From: a virus
Taxonomy: Duplodnaviria > Caudoviricetes
Strand: one strand, 5' to 3'
DNA: 64,000 nucleotides
IMG/VR virus record: IMGVR_UViG_3300018430_000021
Location: 96,001-160,000 of that record
Positions 28,777 to 40,800 of this stretch are shown piece after piece (positions within the stretch are counted from its first letter, which is position 1; each line of letters opens with the position of its first letter). A program made the translations under genes and the position numbers. The notes beneath the pieces were generated by a model that was given only the letters and a program-made list of their open reading frames with translations, ran no database searches and was not told the DNA's origin.

Positions 28777-29238
28777 TTATGCCTTATTGATTTTTATACC
28801 GTATAACTTATTTATATTGTCGGCTTTTACTGCCCATTCCCCGGAATGTGCATATTTATCGTTATATAACAGTTTATTGAACTTATCAATGTCGCCTTCT
28901 TGATAATACCAAGCAGCTTGGTCGATTTGTTCTTTTGGAATTCCAGAAACCACTTCATAATGAAGCATTTCATGAATCATAGTCGAAATAAATGCCTTTC
29001 TGGTTCTTTTTCGGCTTTTAGAAATCTGAATCTTGTAATTTGATATAGTCTTTTTGTCTAAGTCTACATCATATTTCAAGTCACCGTTTAAGGTATTACT
29101 TTCTATGATTTCTATCGGTATTTCTGGGATTTTATTGTTAAAGAATAATCGGTTACACTCCAGAAATAGACTTGATGCTATCTCGTCGTTTATTTCAAAT
29201 TCCTGGACACTGAGACGTTTCTTGTTTGTATATTGCAT
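28777..29238 (-). CDS. SprT-like zinc metalloprotease domain protein
   Basis: NRLFFNNKIP...TMIHEMLH...HSGEW. Confidence 0.75.
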   Translation of the reverse strand: MQYTNKKRLSVQEFEINDEIASSLFLECNRLFFNNKIPEIPIEIIESNTLNGDLKYDVDLDKKTISNYKIQISKSRKRTRKAFISTMIHEMLHYEVVSGIPKEQIDQAAWYYQEGDIDKFNKLLYNDKYAHSGEWAVKADNINKLYGIKINKA

Positions 29239-29242
29239 AAGA

Positions 29243-29485
29243 TTAATAGGAATCGATGTCTCGCCAGCTCGATTCCATGAAATCTTTGCGGGACTTTACA
29301 TATGTTTTCCCTTCATATTCCAAGGTTACATTCGAGGCGGTATGATCGATTAATTTCACTTTAATGGCACAGCATTGTTTCACTTCTGGAATCTTGGTCC
29401 AATAAATCGCACCATTCATTAACGTAAAACCATACTTGAAGTAGTCATTCTGTTGTTTCTTTGGGCAATTAGGACATGGAGTCAT
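29243..29485 (-). CDS. hypothetical protein
   Basis: 80-aa ORF within the operon; CPNC motif. Confidence 0.55.
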   Translation of the reverse strand: MTPCPNCPKKQQNDYFKYGFTLMNGAIYWTKIPEVKQCCAIKVKLIDHTASNVTLEYEGKTYVKSRKDFMESSWRDIDSY

Positions 29486-29486
29486 T

Positions 29487-30029
29487 TTAATGTTTCCTTA
29501 ATAAATCGTCTAGCTGTGAATTTATTTGACGGACGACGTATTGACGAGCTAGCATACTGGTGTTTGCAAGCTGGTTCTGAATACGCTGGTTGTTATAAAC
29601 GTTCTGAAGCCAAGTAATAGAAGAAAGATATGGAAGTTTTGGTTTTAACCATTCACGAAGCTTGAACATGAGAAGGTCAAGATTCGAGATACTGTCGTTT
29701 TCTTCTTTGGTAACTGGCTCACGAATAAGTGCACCGTTGCGGTCGATGAGGCCGAGCTTGTATGCTTTTGTCTTTCTAGGAATTGTAGTTATCGACTTGA
29801 GAAATACGAAAACCAGGATGTTATCGATATTCCTGTCATGCATTGATAAATTGATTTTCTTGCCACTGTTTTTAAGATTTCTCAGTGACATTGCAGCTTC
29901 GTTAAGTATTCCGTTAGCTTCGAAACCGCTCGCCAGCATATTCGCATTATTGACGAGACGACGTAAACCCTTCTGACCAGAAGGATCATCCAATGATTCG
30001 AAGAATCTTTCCCAGATTATTTTTTCCAT
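29487..30029 (-). CDS. hypothetical protein (KAYKLGLIDRNG motif)
   Basis: Late promoter at 30037-30044. Confidence 0.65.
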   Translation of the reverse strand: MEKIIWERFFESLDDPSGQKGLRRLVNNANMLASGFEANGILNEAAMSLRNLKNSGKKINLSMHDRNIDNILVFVFLKSITTIPRKTKAYKLGLIDRNGALIREPVTKEENDSISNLDLLMFKLREWLKPKLPYLSSITWLQNVYNNQRIQNQLANTSMLARQYVVRQINSQLDDLLRKH

Positions 30030-30053
30030 ACTACTATATTTATAACTCGAATT

Positions 30054-30947
30054 TTAGCACCATTCATTACACGAGAAGCCTTGGTCGTCGTCAATATCGT
30101 AATAATTGTTATATTTTCGACGTTTTTGAGAATTCATAGTGCAACTTTCTATTCTTGGTGCGAATTCTGTCTGAGTTCCTACCCATCCAGGATTAGAAAC
30201 ACATGTAATTTCTGTCTTTACTGTTATAGGTTTATCCGGTTTATCCGGGTTATCAAAAACTTCTTCTTTAGTAATAGTCTTGACATCCATTTTATCCTGA
30301 CGAACATCGCTGTAAGTAGCCATCTTGTCGCCACCGGAAATAAACTTTTGATATTTTTCTTTAATGCCGTTTATAATCTTTTGGAAAATTCCAGCTTCCT
30401 TTTTCTTTTCTTGTCGTTTTGAATATTCGCTATCTTCATTTCGCTTGGTTGCTTCTGCAGAACATTCAGAACTACAATATTTAAAATATCCAACATTGAT
30501 ACTTTTGAATTCTGTTGGCTTTCCGCATATCGGACAGATACCTTCGTTTTCCTTTTTGAGGTATTTATCGTAATATTCTTTGATGCTTGTTATAGCATGG
30601 TGGTCTCTTAAGTGCTTTCTGAGCCTATTTGATGCTGCACCTTCATCTATACCTGTAATTTCTTCACCACAAATGGCACAAGTTAGATGAAACTCCTCGG
30701 TTTTTGGAGCCATGTTTCGGAGTTTTCTAGCACAACTTACTGAACATGTCTCATAATAACCCTTTGAGACACTAATAAAGCCAGTCTCTTTTCCACAAAC
30801 AGCACACTTTCCTTCGTTTTCTTTCTTGAAATACTTGTCATAGTATTCCCTGATACTGCCAAAACCATGGTCGTTCTTGACATGAAGGCCATATTTCGTA
30901 TGATGTTCAAAGCTTTTTCCACAAATTTTACAAACATATCTCAGCAT
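30054..30947 (-). CDS. tandem zinc-finger protein
   Basis: Two units of CxxC...HxxxxH plus YYDKYxKKENEGxCxxCGK...CSxxC. Confidence 0.75.
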   Translation of the reverse strand: MLRYVCKICGKSFEHHTKYGLHVKNDHGFGSIREYYDKYFKKENEGKCAVCGKETGFISVSKGYYETCSVSCARKLRNMAPKTEEFHLTCAICGEEITGIDEGAASNRLRKHLRDHHAITSIKEYYDKYLKKENEGICPICGKPTEFKSINVGYFKYCSSECSAEATKRNEDSEYSKRQEKKKEAGIFQKIINGIKEKYQKFISGGDKMATYSDVRQDKMDVKTITKEEVFDNPDKPDKPITVKTEITCVSNPGWVGTQTEFAPRIESCTMNSQKRRKYNNYYDIDDDQGFSCNEWC

Positions 30948-30951
30948 GAAT

Positions 30952-30963
30952 TATTTATAAATA
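30952..30963. promoter_or_regulatory. palindromic bidirectional late promoter
   Basis: TATTTATAAATA between divergent genes. Confidence 0.75.
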
Positions 30964-30991
30964 GATTAAGAGATAATATAAGGGTTTATAC

Positions 30992-33900
30992 ATGGCCGAT
31001 ACAACATATAAAAGTAGTTTTGTTTTTACAAAAGAGGGTAGAACTCTTCTTGTAAGCCAGACTGGAGGCATTAAATTCGCCATTTTAGGCTATTTACTTG
31101 TCGGTGGTTTGGTAAGATCAATGAACGGCGACGATAATACGCCACAAGATGATATTTCTGCAAATTATAACCCAGATACTTCTGCACCAAATTATATTTC
31201 AGATGATTCTAAGCCAGATACCACGTTACGTAATTTATGGCATGATATTGAATCCCGTGCAGCTGCTGCTGGTGTTAGCCCTATTGAATATCTTTCAGAA
31301 GATCCGAAAATTACGTTATTCATGAAAGGCGTTAATTACGAGATTAATGGTAATGATATATTGCCATCTTCTAAAGATGATTATGCAGAAGCAGTCAAGA
31401 ATTATAAAGAGCACTTGTTTGGTTCATTCTATATTCCTTCTACAGAATTGATGACCGACCCTAACGGAAACCGTTACGGAACTTATGCTTTTAATTTTGA
31501 TAAGACCTATCTTAATTGTGATATTAAGAAGGATGTAAGTATTCGCCACGTAATACTTATTGGTAAGCAATATGCAGAAAATCGTGAAGCTACTTTCAAT
31601 GTTAGTCAGCGACAGGATGCAAGTATTGTAGGTATTGCTGAAATTGTTCAGGATGATACAACATCTGAAAGTGTTCCTCCTGGTATTGAACTTCTTAAGG
31701 ATCAGAATGAATTTGTTACATTCCAGTGCCAGTTAAGATTTACTGTTACAGAATGCCCGAATGAATTTATCGATATTGAAAACGGTGATAAAGTTGTAAT
31801 TGATGATAATGAAGGTTCAACTTCTGCAGCTTATGAACCCGTTTCTGATATTGCAAGTAAGCTTGCATTGGTCAATAATGGCCTTAAGACACTTTCTGGT
31901 GGTATTACAATCGGTCAGACGGAAGAAATCCTTGATGAACTTCAGCTTGGTCCAGAAGGTTCTATCTGTATGACAAAGACATTGATGGTTGCGGACTGTA
32001 TTGATGCAGATGACGCAGAAAACCAGTTCAATGCTGCTGCACTTATTCATCCGATTAACAAATATCCGGATGAAGGTAAGGAATATGTCCCACAGATTTT
32101 GATGACTTCTGTTCATTCTACTTCTGCACTTAACGAAGATATTACGGCATATTCTGTTGGTATGACCGTTAAAGCAGAAGGACGCGGTGAAGAATATTCA
32201 ATGTTCCCAGATTCTATTACTGCTAAGGATGCTCCGATTTTCAAACTCGGTCATATTCCTGAAAACGATAGAATCGCAGTAGATATTTTTGGTCTTGATA
32301 ATAAGCTTAACGGTTATGCTAAAGACCGTCTACTCTTCTCTGAATTTAATAGAATTACAGATTCACATTATGGAAGACCTTCCGTATTAATCAATTCCGA
32401 TAATAATATTTTACGTCAGGGTGCTTCTAATAATAACAATACATTGTATGATTCTGATAATAACGAATTCCTCCAAGGTGTGATGAATTCACTATTGTTT
32501 GAATCTAATAATAACAATTTTAGTGGTGGTAACGGTAACAGCTTATACGGATCAGATTCTAATAAGATTGTATATGGTAACTATAATAACTTCTTATTCT
32601 CACATGACAATACTGTAAGAAGTCATAACCATACATTCATTAATTCTAATTCTAATACTGCTACTGAAAATTCCAATAACTTTATTGCTATTGCATCTTA
32701 TGGTAATGGATTTAGCGGAAACTCCTATGAAAACGTGCTGCTCAAGTCTAAGGGAAATACATTCTCTGGCCAGGCATTTAACTCGCTTTTGATGGGTTCT
32801 GTTTCTAACCATCTCCTTGAAGATACTAAGGAAGCAACGCTTCTCAATGCCAAGAATGTTACATTACGTAGTTCTTATGATGACATGATTCTTGGTTCTC
32901 GCGGTGGTCTTCTTTACAAGTCATATTTCAATGGTTACTACGATAACTATACTTGTACTGTTACTGATTCTGACCAGAACTCTATCGTGCGTTCTCGCTT
33001 CCTCGGTGTTAAGGGTTTGCCTCTTGGTGCTATAGACCCTGCAGAACGTCCGATTAAGTCTGACGTACAGTCTAATAATAACGTTATTTTACGTGGTGAA
33101 TATTTTGATATGTTCATGTGCTCTAATAACTTTATTGTTGATACTTATAAGTTACAGTCTGACGATAATATTACTAGCCTTGGTCCTGTTCGTGTTAAGG
33201 GTTCTACAGTTGTTAACTCTAGTAAGTCTAAGATTTTCAATGCTCGTGATATTTACCTCTGGCACTCTGAATATTCTCGTGTTGTTGCTGCATCTGATTA
33301 TTCTGATAGTCTTCTTGGTCTTGTTGGTACTTCTAATGCAATGGGTAGTACAAACGAACTTGATTCCATTTATTATGGTGAATTCTATGGTTCTGATTTC
33401 AGCATCAAGGGTCTTAAGGGTGCTTCCTATAAGAACGGTGCAGAATCGCTGAAGACTAATGCTCGCCCAGTAGATATGCTTCGTTTGAAGCTTATGTTCA
33501 TGAATACTTATGGTTCTGAACTTGACTTAGGCGGATATAATAGATTTAACAAGTATAAGCATCCGACTGCATATTTGTCTAATGCTACATTTGAAAGCCA
33601 GAACTTCACTTTGTTTAACACTTCTGTTAAGCCAACTAATTCTAATATCGTTGGTGGTCACCACAATAAGTTTGTTGGTGGTAAGAATACGGTTATTCTC
33701 GGTGGTGAATATTGTAAGGCTTCTACTTACGAACATCAGATTTTGATGGGTAAGTATAATAAGGATGTTCCGGCAGATATTATCTATGGTTGTGGTCACT
33801 TCAATGGTACTACATTCGTCCAGGGTGATAAGGAATATACGGAAGCAGAACTTGAAACAATCGAGACTATGCATCAGACTATCGACAAGGTTCGTGGTGA

Positions 33901-34915
33901 CGGTGATAATAAGTCTGGTGAAACTTGTTTCAATGCTCTTGAATTCTATGCTCACCAAGGTAAGATGATATTCCGTAACTGCGACGACGGTCATGATGCA
34001 GGATCTAATGCGGTTTCTAATAACTTCGGTAAGTCTATCACTATTGACCCGACTGGTATCGTATTCCGCGATAGAAACGGTGATATTACAGGTGAACTTG
34101 TTCCACAGGCTGTTAATTCTGATGGCGGTAAGTGGACAATTACTATTGATATTGACGGAAATGGCCGTTACTATGTAGCTAACACTGTTGGTGTTCCGCC
34201 GACTATTGCACAGCTTGATAAGGTTGTATTGGCAAATCATTTGTTTGAATATGTCGACTTGAATAGCTATACCGCTAATCCAGGCCAGTCATTTAGTGCT
34301 GCAACCAACGGTAACTTGATGGAATCTTCTGTTAGCGCAAGTAATAATCTTTTGTTCGGTAAGCAAATCCCGAGTGAAATCAATATTCTTGTTAAGAAGT
34401 TGAAATATAATATCGAAACCGGCAGTAGAGTAACTCATAAGTGGGTATTCGTAAATAAGATTATGCCATGGTATCGTTATAATGGTCAAGCACCGCGTTA
34501 TATTCCAATGCAGACTTGTAGCTTGAAGTATTACTATGTTGGTCAACCGGCTTCTGCTGGTGGTTACCACATGATGGATATTTGGGCACCACCTTCTATG
34601 GACGCAAGCTGTATCTGTAAGAAGATTGAATACTGTTATTCTGCATATACTAGTACAGAACAGTATCACTGGAGTACAAAGAATCGTGGATGTATTCCTC
34701 TTGATGAATTCAACGATAATAAGTTCTTCAGCGATTGGGTTCCGAATGTTCCTGTTTATGCTGGCGATACTGCTTCTGGTGGTGGTGTTGGTCCTACAGT
34801 TACAAGTGGTAACTATGTTTCTGGTGGTAATACAACCGCTCCTGGTGAGATTACTTTGTATCGTGTAAATGAACTCCCAACAATCATGGACCCGCAAGGA
34901 TATTACATTATATAA
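30992..34915 (+). CDS. putative tail fibre / receptor-binding protein
   Basis: N-terminal FVFTKEGRTLL resembles fibre baseplate-attachment domains; central SxNN repeats suggest a beta-solenoid. Confidence 0.6.
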   Translation: MADTTYKSSFVFTKEGRTLLVSQTGGIKFAILGYLLVGGLVRSMNGDDNTPQDDISANYNPDTSAPNYISDDSKPDTTLRNLWHDIESRAAAAGVSPIEYLSEDPKITLFMKGVNYEINGNDILPSSKDDYAEAVKNYKEHLFGSFYIPSTELMTDPNGNRYGTYAFNFDKTYLNCDIKKDVSIRHVILIGKQYAENREATFNVSQRQDASIVGIAEIVQDDTTSESVPPGIELLKDQNEFVTFQCQLRFTVTECPNEFIDIENGDKVVIDDNEGSTSAAYEPVSDIASKLALVNNGLKTLSGGITIGQTEEILDELQLGPEGSICMTKTLMVADCIDADDAENQFNAAALIHPINKYPDEGKEYVPQILMTSVHSTSALNEDITAYSVGMTVKAEGRGEEYSMFPDSITAKDAPIFKLGHIPENDRIAVDIFGLDNKLNGYAKDRLLFSEFNRITDSHYGRPSVLINSDNNILRQGASNNNNTLYDSDNNEFLQGVMNSLLFESNNNNFSGGNGNSLYGSDSNKIVYGNYNNFLFSHDNTVRSHNHTFINSNSNTATENSNNFIAIASYGNGFSGNSYENVLLKSKGNTFSGQAFNSLLMGSVSNHLLEDTKEATLLNAKNVTLRSSYDDMILGSRGGLLYKSYFNGYYDNYTCTVTDSDQNSIVRSRFLGVKGLPLGAIDPAERPIKSDVQSNNNVILRGEYFDMFMCSNNFIVDTYKLQSDDNITSLGPVRVKGSTVVNSSKSKIFNARDIYLWHSEYSRVVAASDYSDSLLGLVGTSNAMGSTNELDSIYYGEFYGSDFSIKGLKGASYKNGAESLKTNARPVDMLRLKLMFMNTYGSELDLGGYNRFNKYKHPTAYLSNATFESQNFTLFNTSVKPTNSNIVGGHHNKFVGGKNTVILGGEYCKASTYEHQILMGKYNKDVPADIIYGCGHFNGTTFVQGDKEYTEAELETIETMHQTIDKVRGDGDNKSGETCFNALEFYAHQGKMIFRNCDDGHDAGSNAVSNNFGKSITIDPTGIVFRDRNGDITGELVPQAVNSDGGKWTITIDIDGNGRYYVANTVGVPPTIAQLDKVVLANHLFEYVDLNSYTANPGQSFSAATNGNLMESSVSASNNLLFGKQIPSEINILVKKLKYNIETGSRVTHKWVFVNKIMPWYRYNGQAPRYIPMQTCSLKYYYVGQPASAGGYHMMDIWAPPSMDASCICKKIEYCYSAYTSTEQYHWSTKNRGCIPLDEFNDNKFFSDWVPNVPVYAGDTASGGGVGPTVTSGNYVSGGNTTAPGEITLYRVNELPTIMDPQGYYII

Positions 34916-34934
34916 TCCTTACATATCTCAAAAT

Positions 34935-34962
34935 AAAAACCTACTCGATAAGAGTAGGTTTT
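34935..34962. terminator. bidirectional terminator
   Basis: aaaacctactc-gataa-gagtaggtttt. Confidence 0.8.
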
Positions 34963-34985
34963 ATTTTTAATAAAACTAATTAAAA

Positions 34986-37853
34986 CTAGTATTGAACGAC
35001 ATTTAATTTATTGATAACAACAGCACCTTCTTGTTCCATAGAAAAGTTTGTAATGTTGTTATTGTCGTCAAGAACGGAGTCATCAATGCTTGCTTTGACA
35101 AGTACATAAAGGTCATAAAGTAATTTAGAAGCACCAACCCAATATTCATTAGTTGGATAGGTTTCTGCATTAATATTGTCCTTATAATAAGTCTTTAATA
35201 TCTGTTCACATGCAAAATAATTCCAGAAAGATGCTTCAGAAATAGTATATTGATGTTCACCAATAACATTACCTTTACGCATGATTTCTTCTTCACGAGC
35301 ATTTATATCGTTATACATACTAACGTTATAAGGCAATGGAATTGCACGGTCAGCACTTTTACTTATACGGGCATTCTTCAACCAGCGAGTTAATTTATTC
35401 TTTATATAAGTAATTTGTTTAGCTTCAAGTTTATATACAGAAGCCTTTAAAGAATCAAGCTGCGAAGTAGATGCAAGGTCATTATAGCTTGGAATAACTA
35501 TTTTTACATAAACCAAGTCATAATGTACACCTTTCAACGTAAGGTCATTAGCGGTATAAACCATCGGTAATTCCAGATTTATAAAGACATTACTGTTTTC
35601 ATCTTTAAATTCTGTGGCTTTACAATGGGTTATCACTTTTTTGGTATACGTATGTTCATTTTCAGGGCAGTAGAACTGATATGTGAGCTGAACATTGATA
35701 CCGTCAACAAGTTTTTCGAAAAGCTGCTTACCGCGAAGATCTGTTTTCGGAATATGTAACACATTGAATGGACCCTGTAACCAGCTCAAATCTGCACCCA
35801 TAACGACATTTGCACCATGGTTACTATTGTAGATTGAAATTTCATCGCTGTAGGTTTGAAGTGTCTTATCAAGTTCTGCACTGAATAAGTTACTTGAAGC
35901 CATTTTATTGTCCCATTCGTATTCCTGTTCTGGAGACTTAATTAAATCAGATACCTTAATATCTGCGTCAATACTTAGCGTATCTGGGTCATCTGTATAA
36001 ATCTTGATAATGTCAGCCTTATAGACTTTCTTTGTAGAACGCAAAGAATCATCAAGGAACTTATAGACCTTGTTTTTAAGCCTTTTATTGTATTCCTGAA
36101 GATTTGCGGTCGAATTTACACGAACGGTTCCAACCAAGTCATAATAATGTAAGAATGGCGGAAGGGTAAGAAGTGTAGTATTTACAGGTAAATTGTCCTT
36201 ACAGTTTTCACGGATTAACTGAACATTTCTAATCCATTGTTCTGTTGGATTTTTCGAATATTGCCAGTGATAATAACCGACAGGTGAAACCATGAATTTA
36301 ACATAGTCGGTAATATGATTCAAATATTCAGAACCGTAAATTGTATATGGTTCTGAAATATCGTCATCATTGAGAATATCACGCGGATAGTAATCACCAT
36401 CATTCTTGATATATAGACGACCAATTAAAGAATATGCGACAACATTTTGAACAAGCGGATATTCTTTAGTTGTTACCTGTGATTGTTCGATTTCCTGTTG
36501 ACCTGTAGCATAGGCATTATGAACATACATCGGCGAAGTAAGGGTTCCGAAATAGTTTTCGAAATCTTCCTTCATAATTAACTTATTACGGCGTCTGAAA
36601 TATGCAGGGCCATTGACCTTCATACTTGCCATGGATTCGAAATCGTCACCACCATAAATATCAGAATTTAAAATAAACGAAACATTGGAACTTACGTCAA
36701 TGATATTACCGTTTACACTTGCATAAACAGGAGTATTTATTATAATACTTGCACCTGAGACATGCTTTCTATTTGCGGCCTTGCCCATAGTAGAAATATA
36801 TTTGATATAGAAATTATCGGTTGTTTTCATCAAACCATTTACTACGTTATGGTCACGACCGAATGTTACCTTTACGGTTTCATCCGGATTTGTTGTTATC
36901 TTACAGATACGCAACTGTAATGCAAGAAGCTCCTTAATGGTCTGTTCGAGATACAATGTATCAAGATTCTTTGGATGTGAAATAACCTCATATAGTTTTT
37001 TCTTGAGTAGATCCGAAGTTTCAGGATTAATATTCTTGTACTTTTTATTTAACTTTATGGAATGTGTTTCAATATCGAATAAAGCTTCATCGGCGAATGC
37101 ATCTTCTTCAGTTTCGCCGATACCTACTTGGCACCAGCTATTTTTCTGAACATAATTTCTATCACCGTTATAAGCATAAGGGTCACGATTACCATACCAG
37201 TTAGAGAATGTCTTATCTGGAATATTGTAAGACTGTTCTGGTTTTGCAATTTTATTTAATACAGATTGTCCTTCGATTTTATATGTTTTACGTTCACCCT
37301 GGAAACATTTGATAGGCGTAACATTTTCAGTATTTACAAAGTTGATACCTTGTAATGGCATATAAACGCTATTCGTATGCGGAACGGCATTAACAAGATT
37401 TTTCTGCCAGTCTGCTTCATGACAATAAGTAATATCTTCATCGGTAAGAACATAGGAATAACTACTGTCGAGAATGAATGGCATATTCGCAAAAGTCAAG
37501 GCAAGAGAGTCTTGGTTAAAGAATATTTCCGTTCCTGCCTTATTAATTTCTTCCGGGAATGGTCCTTTTAACTGAATAATAAATTCAGCCTGTGCCGGAA
37601 CCGGACGACGAGGACCATAACCAAGATTTTGACAATGCTTGATATGATTTGACTTAATTTTTGAAGTTTCCAATAAGCGTTCTTCAGCACATCTTTGGGT
37701 ATAGAAATTTATCCTATCACAAGTATCACTTAATACTTGGAGAAATTTAGGATAGAAACAACTCGCTTTGATTTTATCAAAGAAAGTCTTATTTTTCATG
37801 AATGAGCGAAAACGTTCTATTAGTTCTTCAGTAGTTAATTCTGTATAATCCAT
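34986..37853 (-). CDS. baseplate wedge gp6-like (copy 1)
   Basis: LGYGPRRPVPA, YISTMGKAAN and GGDDFES...DFENY gp6 / baseplate-J motifs. Confidence 0.8.
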   Translation of the reverse strand: MDYTELTTEELIERFRSFMKNKTFFDKIKASCFYPKFLQVLSDTCDRINFYTQRCAEERLLETSKIKSNHIKHCQNLGYGPRRPVPAQAEFIIQLKGPFPEEINKAGTEIFFNQDSLALTFANMPFILDSSYSYVLTDEDITYCHEADWQKNLVNAVPHTNSVYMPLQGINFVNTENVTPIKCFQGERKTYKIEGQSVLNKIAKPEQSYNIPDKTFSNWYGNRDPYAYNGDRNYVQKNSWCQVGIGETEEDAFADEALFDIETHSIKLNKKYKNINPETSDLLKKKLYEVISHPKNLDTLYLEQTIKELLALQLRICKITTNPDETVKVTFGRDHNVVNGLMKTTDNFYIKYISTMGKAANRKHVSGASIIINTPVYASVNGNIIDVSSNVSFILNSDIYGGDDFESMASMKVNGPAYFRRRNKLIMKEDFENYFGTLTSPMYVHNAYATGQQEIEQSQVTTKEYPLVQNVVAYSLIGRLYIKNDGDYYPRDILNDDDISEPYTIYGSEYLNHITDYVKFMVSPVGYYHWQYSKNPTEQWIRNVQLIRENCKDNLPVNTTLLTLPPFLHYYDLVGTVRVNSTANLQEYNKRLKNKVYKFLDDSLRSTKKVYKADIIKIYTDDPDTLSIDADIKVSDLIKSPEQEYEWDNKMASSNLFSAELDKTLQTYSDEISIYNSNHGANVVMGADLSWLQGPFNVLHIPKTDLRGKQLFEKLVDGINVQLTYQFYCPENEHTYTKKVITHCKATEFKDENSNVFINLELPMVYTANDLTLKGVHYDLVYVKIVIPSYNDLASTSQLDSLKASVYKLEAKQITYIKNKLTRWLKNARISKSADRAIPLPYNVSMYNDINAREEEIMRKGNVIGEHQYTISEASFWNYFACEQILKTYYKDNINAETYPTNEYWVGASKLLYDLYVLVKASIDDSVLDDNNNITNFSMEQEGAVVINKLNVVQY

Positions 37854-37860
37854 ACATTAT

Positions 37861-40800
37861 TTATATGCGGGATTGATACTTGACATCGAACATGCATCTT
37901 ATAATTGCAATATCCTGGTCCATAGAATAGTTAACTACGTTATTGTTATCATCCAAAATGGAGTCTGAAATACCTGGTTTAATCAACTTGTAAAGGTCGA
38001 TAATAAGACGTTCAGCAGCTTTCCAGTCGTTACCATATATGTCTGTAGATTCTGTAATATTTGGATAATACTTATTGAGAATTACCTTAATCAAATAATT
38101 CCAGAATTCCTTTTCAGAAAGGGTATCATCTTCAGAAGCCTTTAAATCACCACGACGCATAATAGTTTCTGTACGTGTGATTACGTCAAAAGACTTGATA
38201 TTGTAAGGCAAGTCAATGGCACGGTCGGCAGTATCATGAATCTTCAAACCTTTCATCCATTTAAGAACATCGGCATTTAGATTTTTCAATTCTTTTAACG
38301 AAAGCCTATATTCTTTAGCACGGGCTTCAGAGATTTCATACTTGGAATCAGACCAGTAGTTATTACCGTAAGAAGTAACGGTTACAAAACCGTTATTACT
38401 GTCACGAGCAATAATGTTGTATAATCTACAAATGGTCGGACTTTCACCGTGTGCTATAAGGTCAGCATTAAGCTGTTCCTGGATTTCACTGGAAGCCTGG
38501 TCCGGGTCTGTAAAATAGTCTGTAGTAGCTCTATAAAGAACATTTGATGCAAAATCTGGCGGTAATGAAATCTGAGTTCCAATATATGGTGTATGCAAGT
38601 AAATCTTGATATAGTTATCAAATTCTTCATAAGTAAACTTACTTACATGGTCAACTGTAGAAGCTTTTTCATCATTCGAAACACTGCCACTAGCCTGATA
38701 GTTATAAATTCTAAACTGAATGTGTATTGAACTTTCATCAGTTACATTTTTTAAATCATACGGTTTACGCTTACTATCAGTCTTCGGAATTATGATTTCA
38801 TTGAAAATCAAATCATACTTATAATTCTGCCAGTTTTTATACTTATCGTATTCAGAAGTAAGTTTTTCAGTATTAAGAATAACACGAACACCTTTATGCT
38901 GGTCTTCTTCGTTCCATTGGTTTTGCTTAAATTCCGGAGCAATGATATTAGATACCTTTAAATCCAAATTTGCATTCAAAACATGGTCTTCTTCCATGCA
39001 TAGCTTAATAAGATTGGATTTATAGATTTCGCGTGTTTCAAGCGTCAATGTATCAAGATACTTATAAAGTTTATTGTTTAACTTTTCTTTGAAGTCATCT
39101 AAGTTTGTGGTACCAGGATCGACTTCGATACTACCAACTAAGTCATAGTAATGGAAGAAAGGTGGTAACGACATAATAGCAGTATTTGTCGGTGTCAATA
39201 GATTTACATTATGTGCGATTTCCTTAATATTCTTTACGTATTGTGGGTCAGTCTGTTCAACTTCGCCTTGTACAAGTGCGTAATAATTATAGAAAGATTC
39301 CTGTGATACAAGACATTTGATATAGTCAAGAATATGGTCATTATATTCGTCACAGTAAAGCATTGCTGGGTTTTCCATATTTTCAGATTCAGGAACTAAA
39401 CCATCATTAACCCATTCTTCTTTACTATCTTTAACAAAAATGTTTCTTGGCAAATATAAGCCCTTACCTACATTGATATACATATGGCTGGCAAGAACGT
39501 AGAATAGAAAGTTGAGGTTAATATCCAACGTATTATCTTCCACTTGTTCTTTTTTCTTTTTGAACTGATTAACTTCAAAAGTATTGTCAAGTTCTCTAAG
39601 TCCGAAAATAAGCGTTGTAATGACATCTATTGGACTTGACAAAGAATTAAAATAATTGATGAAGTCACGTTTAGATACGAGCTTTAATTGGGAAGTCCAG
39701 TAAGCTTCAGCATTGTCATACATTTCTTTTTTATCTTCGAAATTCTCACCGCCAATAAGGTCGCCAGAGAATACAAATTGAATATTATTTGTAATATCGA
39801 AAACACCAATGGAAGTATGAAGCATTAGTTTCGCATTGTTTGTAAGGACACTTTCTAAAATACCTGCCTTATTTCCATGAGCACCGCGAGTGGAAAGGTA
39901 TTCTACATATAAATCAGGATATTCAGTTGTACCCGTAGCATCGTCGTATTTACCTTCAATGGCAAGCTGAGACAGATATGAGAACGGACCGAAATTAACA
40001 CTTATAGTTTTATCCGGATTTGTTTCAACATAACAAATACATGGACGTGCATCGCCTTGTGGATTTGCTCCAAAGTTGGTAAGGATAGATTCATTTAAAA
40101 GAATAGAACGGTCTTCAATGCTAAAAATCTTAGAACCAGCTTCGCCTTTGAATCGAGTATAAACTTTTGTTAATCCATTATTTGGAGCATAAACGGAGTC
40201 ATTCTTTTTACGTCTGTAATTTACTGCAAATGGGTCACGAATACCGTACCAGTTACTAAATGAAATATCGTCAATATCAAAGCGTTGACCGAGATTATTG
40301 TCAGTAACCAAAGAATAGTTACTGCTATTCTTTCGTTTTTCCAAACCGGTAATAAAATCTTTACCATCAAACTTTATAGTTTTCAATTCACCCTGATAAC
40401 ACTTGATTGGAAATCTGTTACCATAGTTAATTGCGTCGTGGGTCAATGTAAGAGGACCGGTTTCTGTTGTTGTACTATCAATAACAACACTTCTTAAACG
40501 TTTTGACCAAGAAGTATTTGTACAACCTTCAATGTCGCTTTTGGTAAATACATACTCAATAGGATCAGATAATCTGAAAGGCATATCGAGGAAACTCAAA
40601 TTACACTGTTCATTTGTAAGCGTAATTGTAAGCTTCTCATTTTCTGGGAGATTCTTTAATTCTTTCGGGAATGGACCTTTGAAAATAATATTCAATTCGC
40701 CTTGAGCCGGTACCGCACGGCGAGGAGCATAACCCCAGTTTTTACATAACTTGATATAGCTGGAATCAAGTTTTGCGGTTCTGAAGAAACCTTCTTCAGA

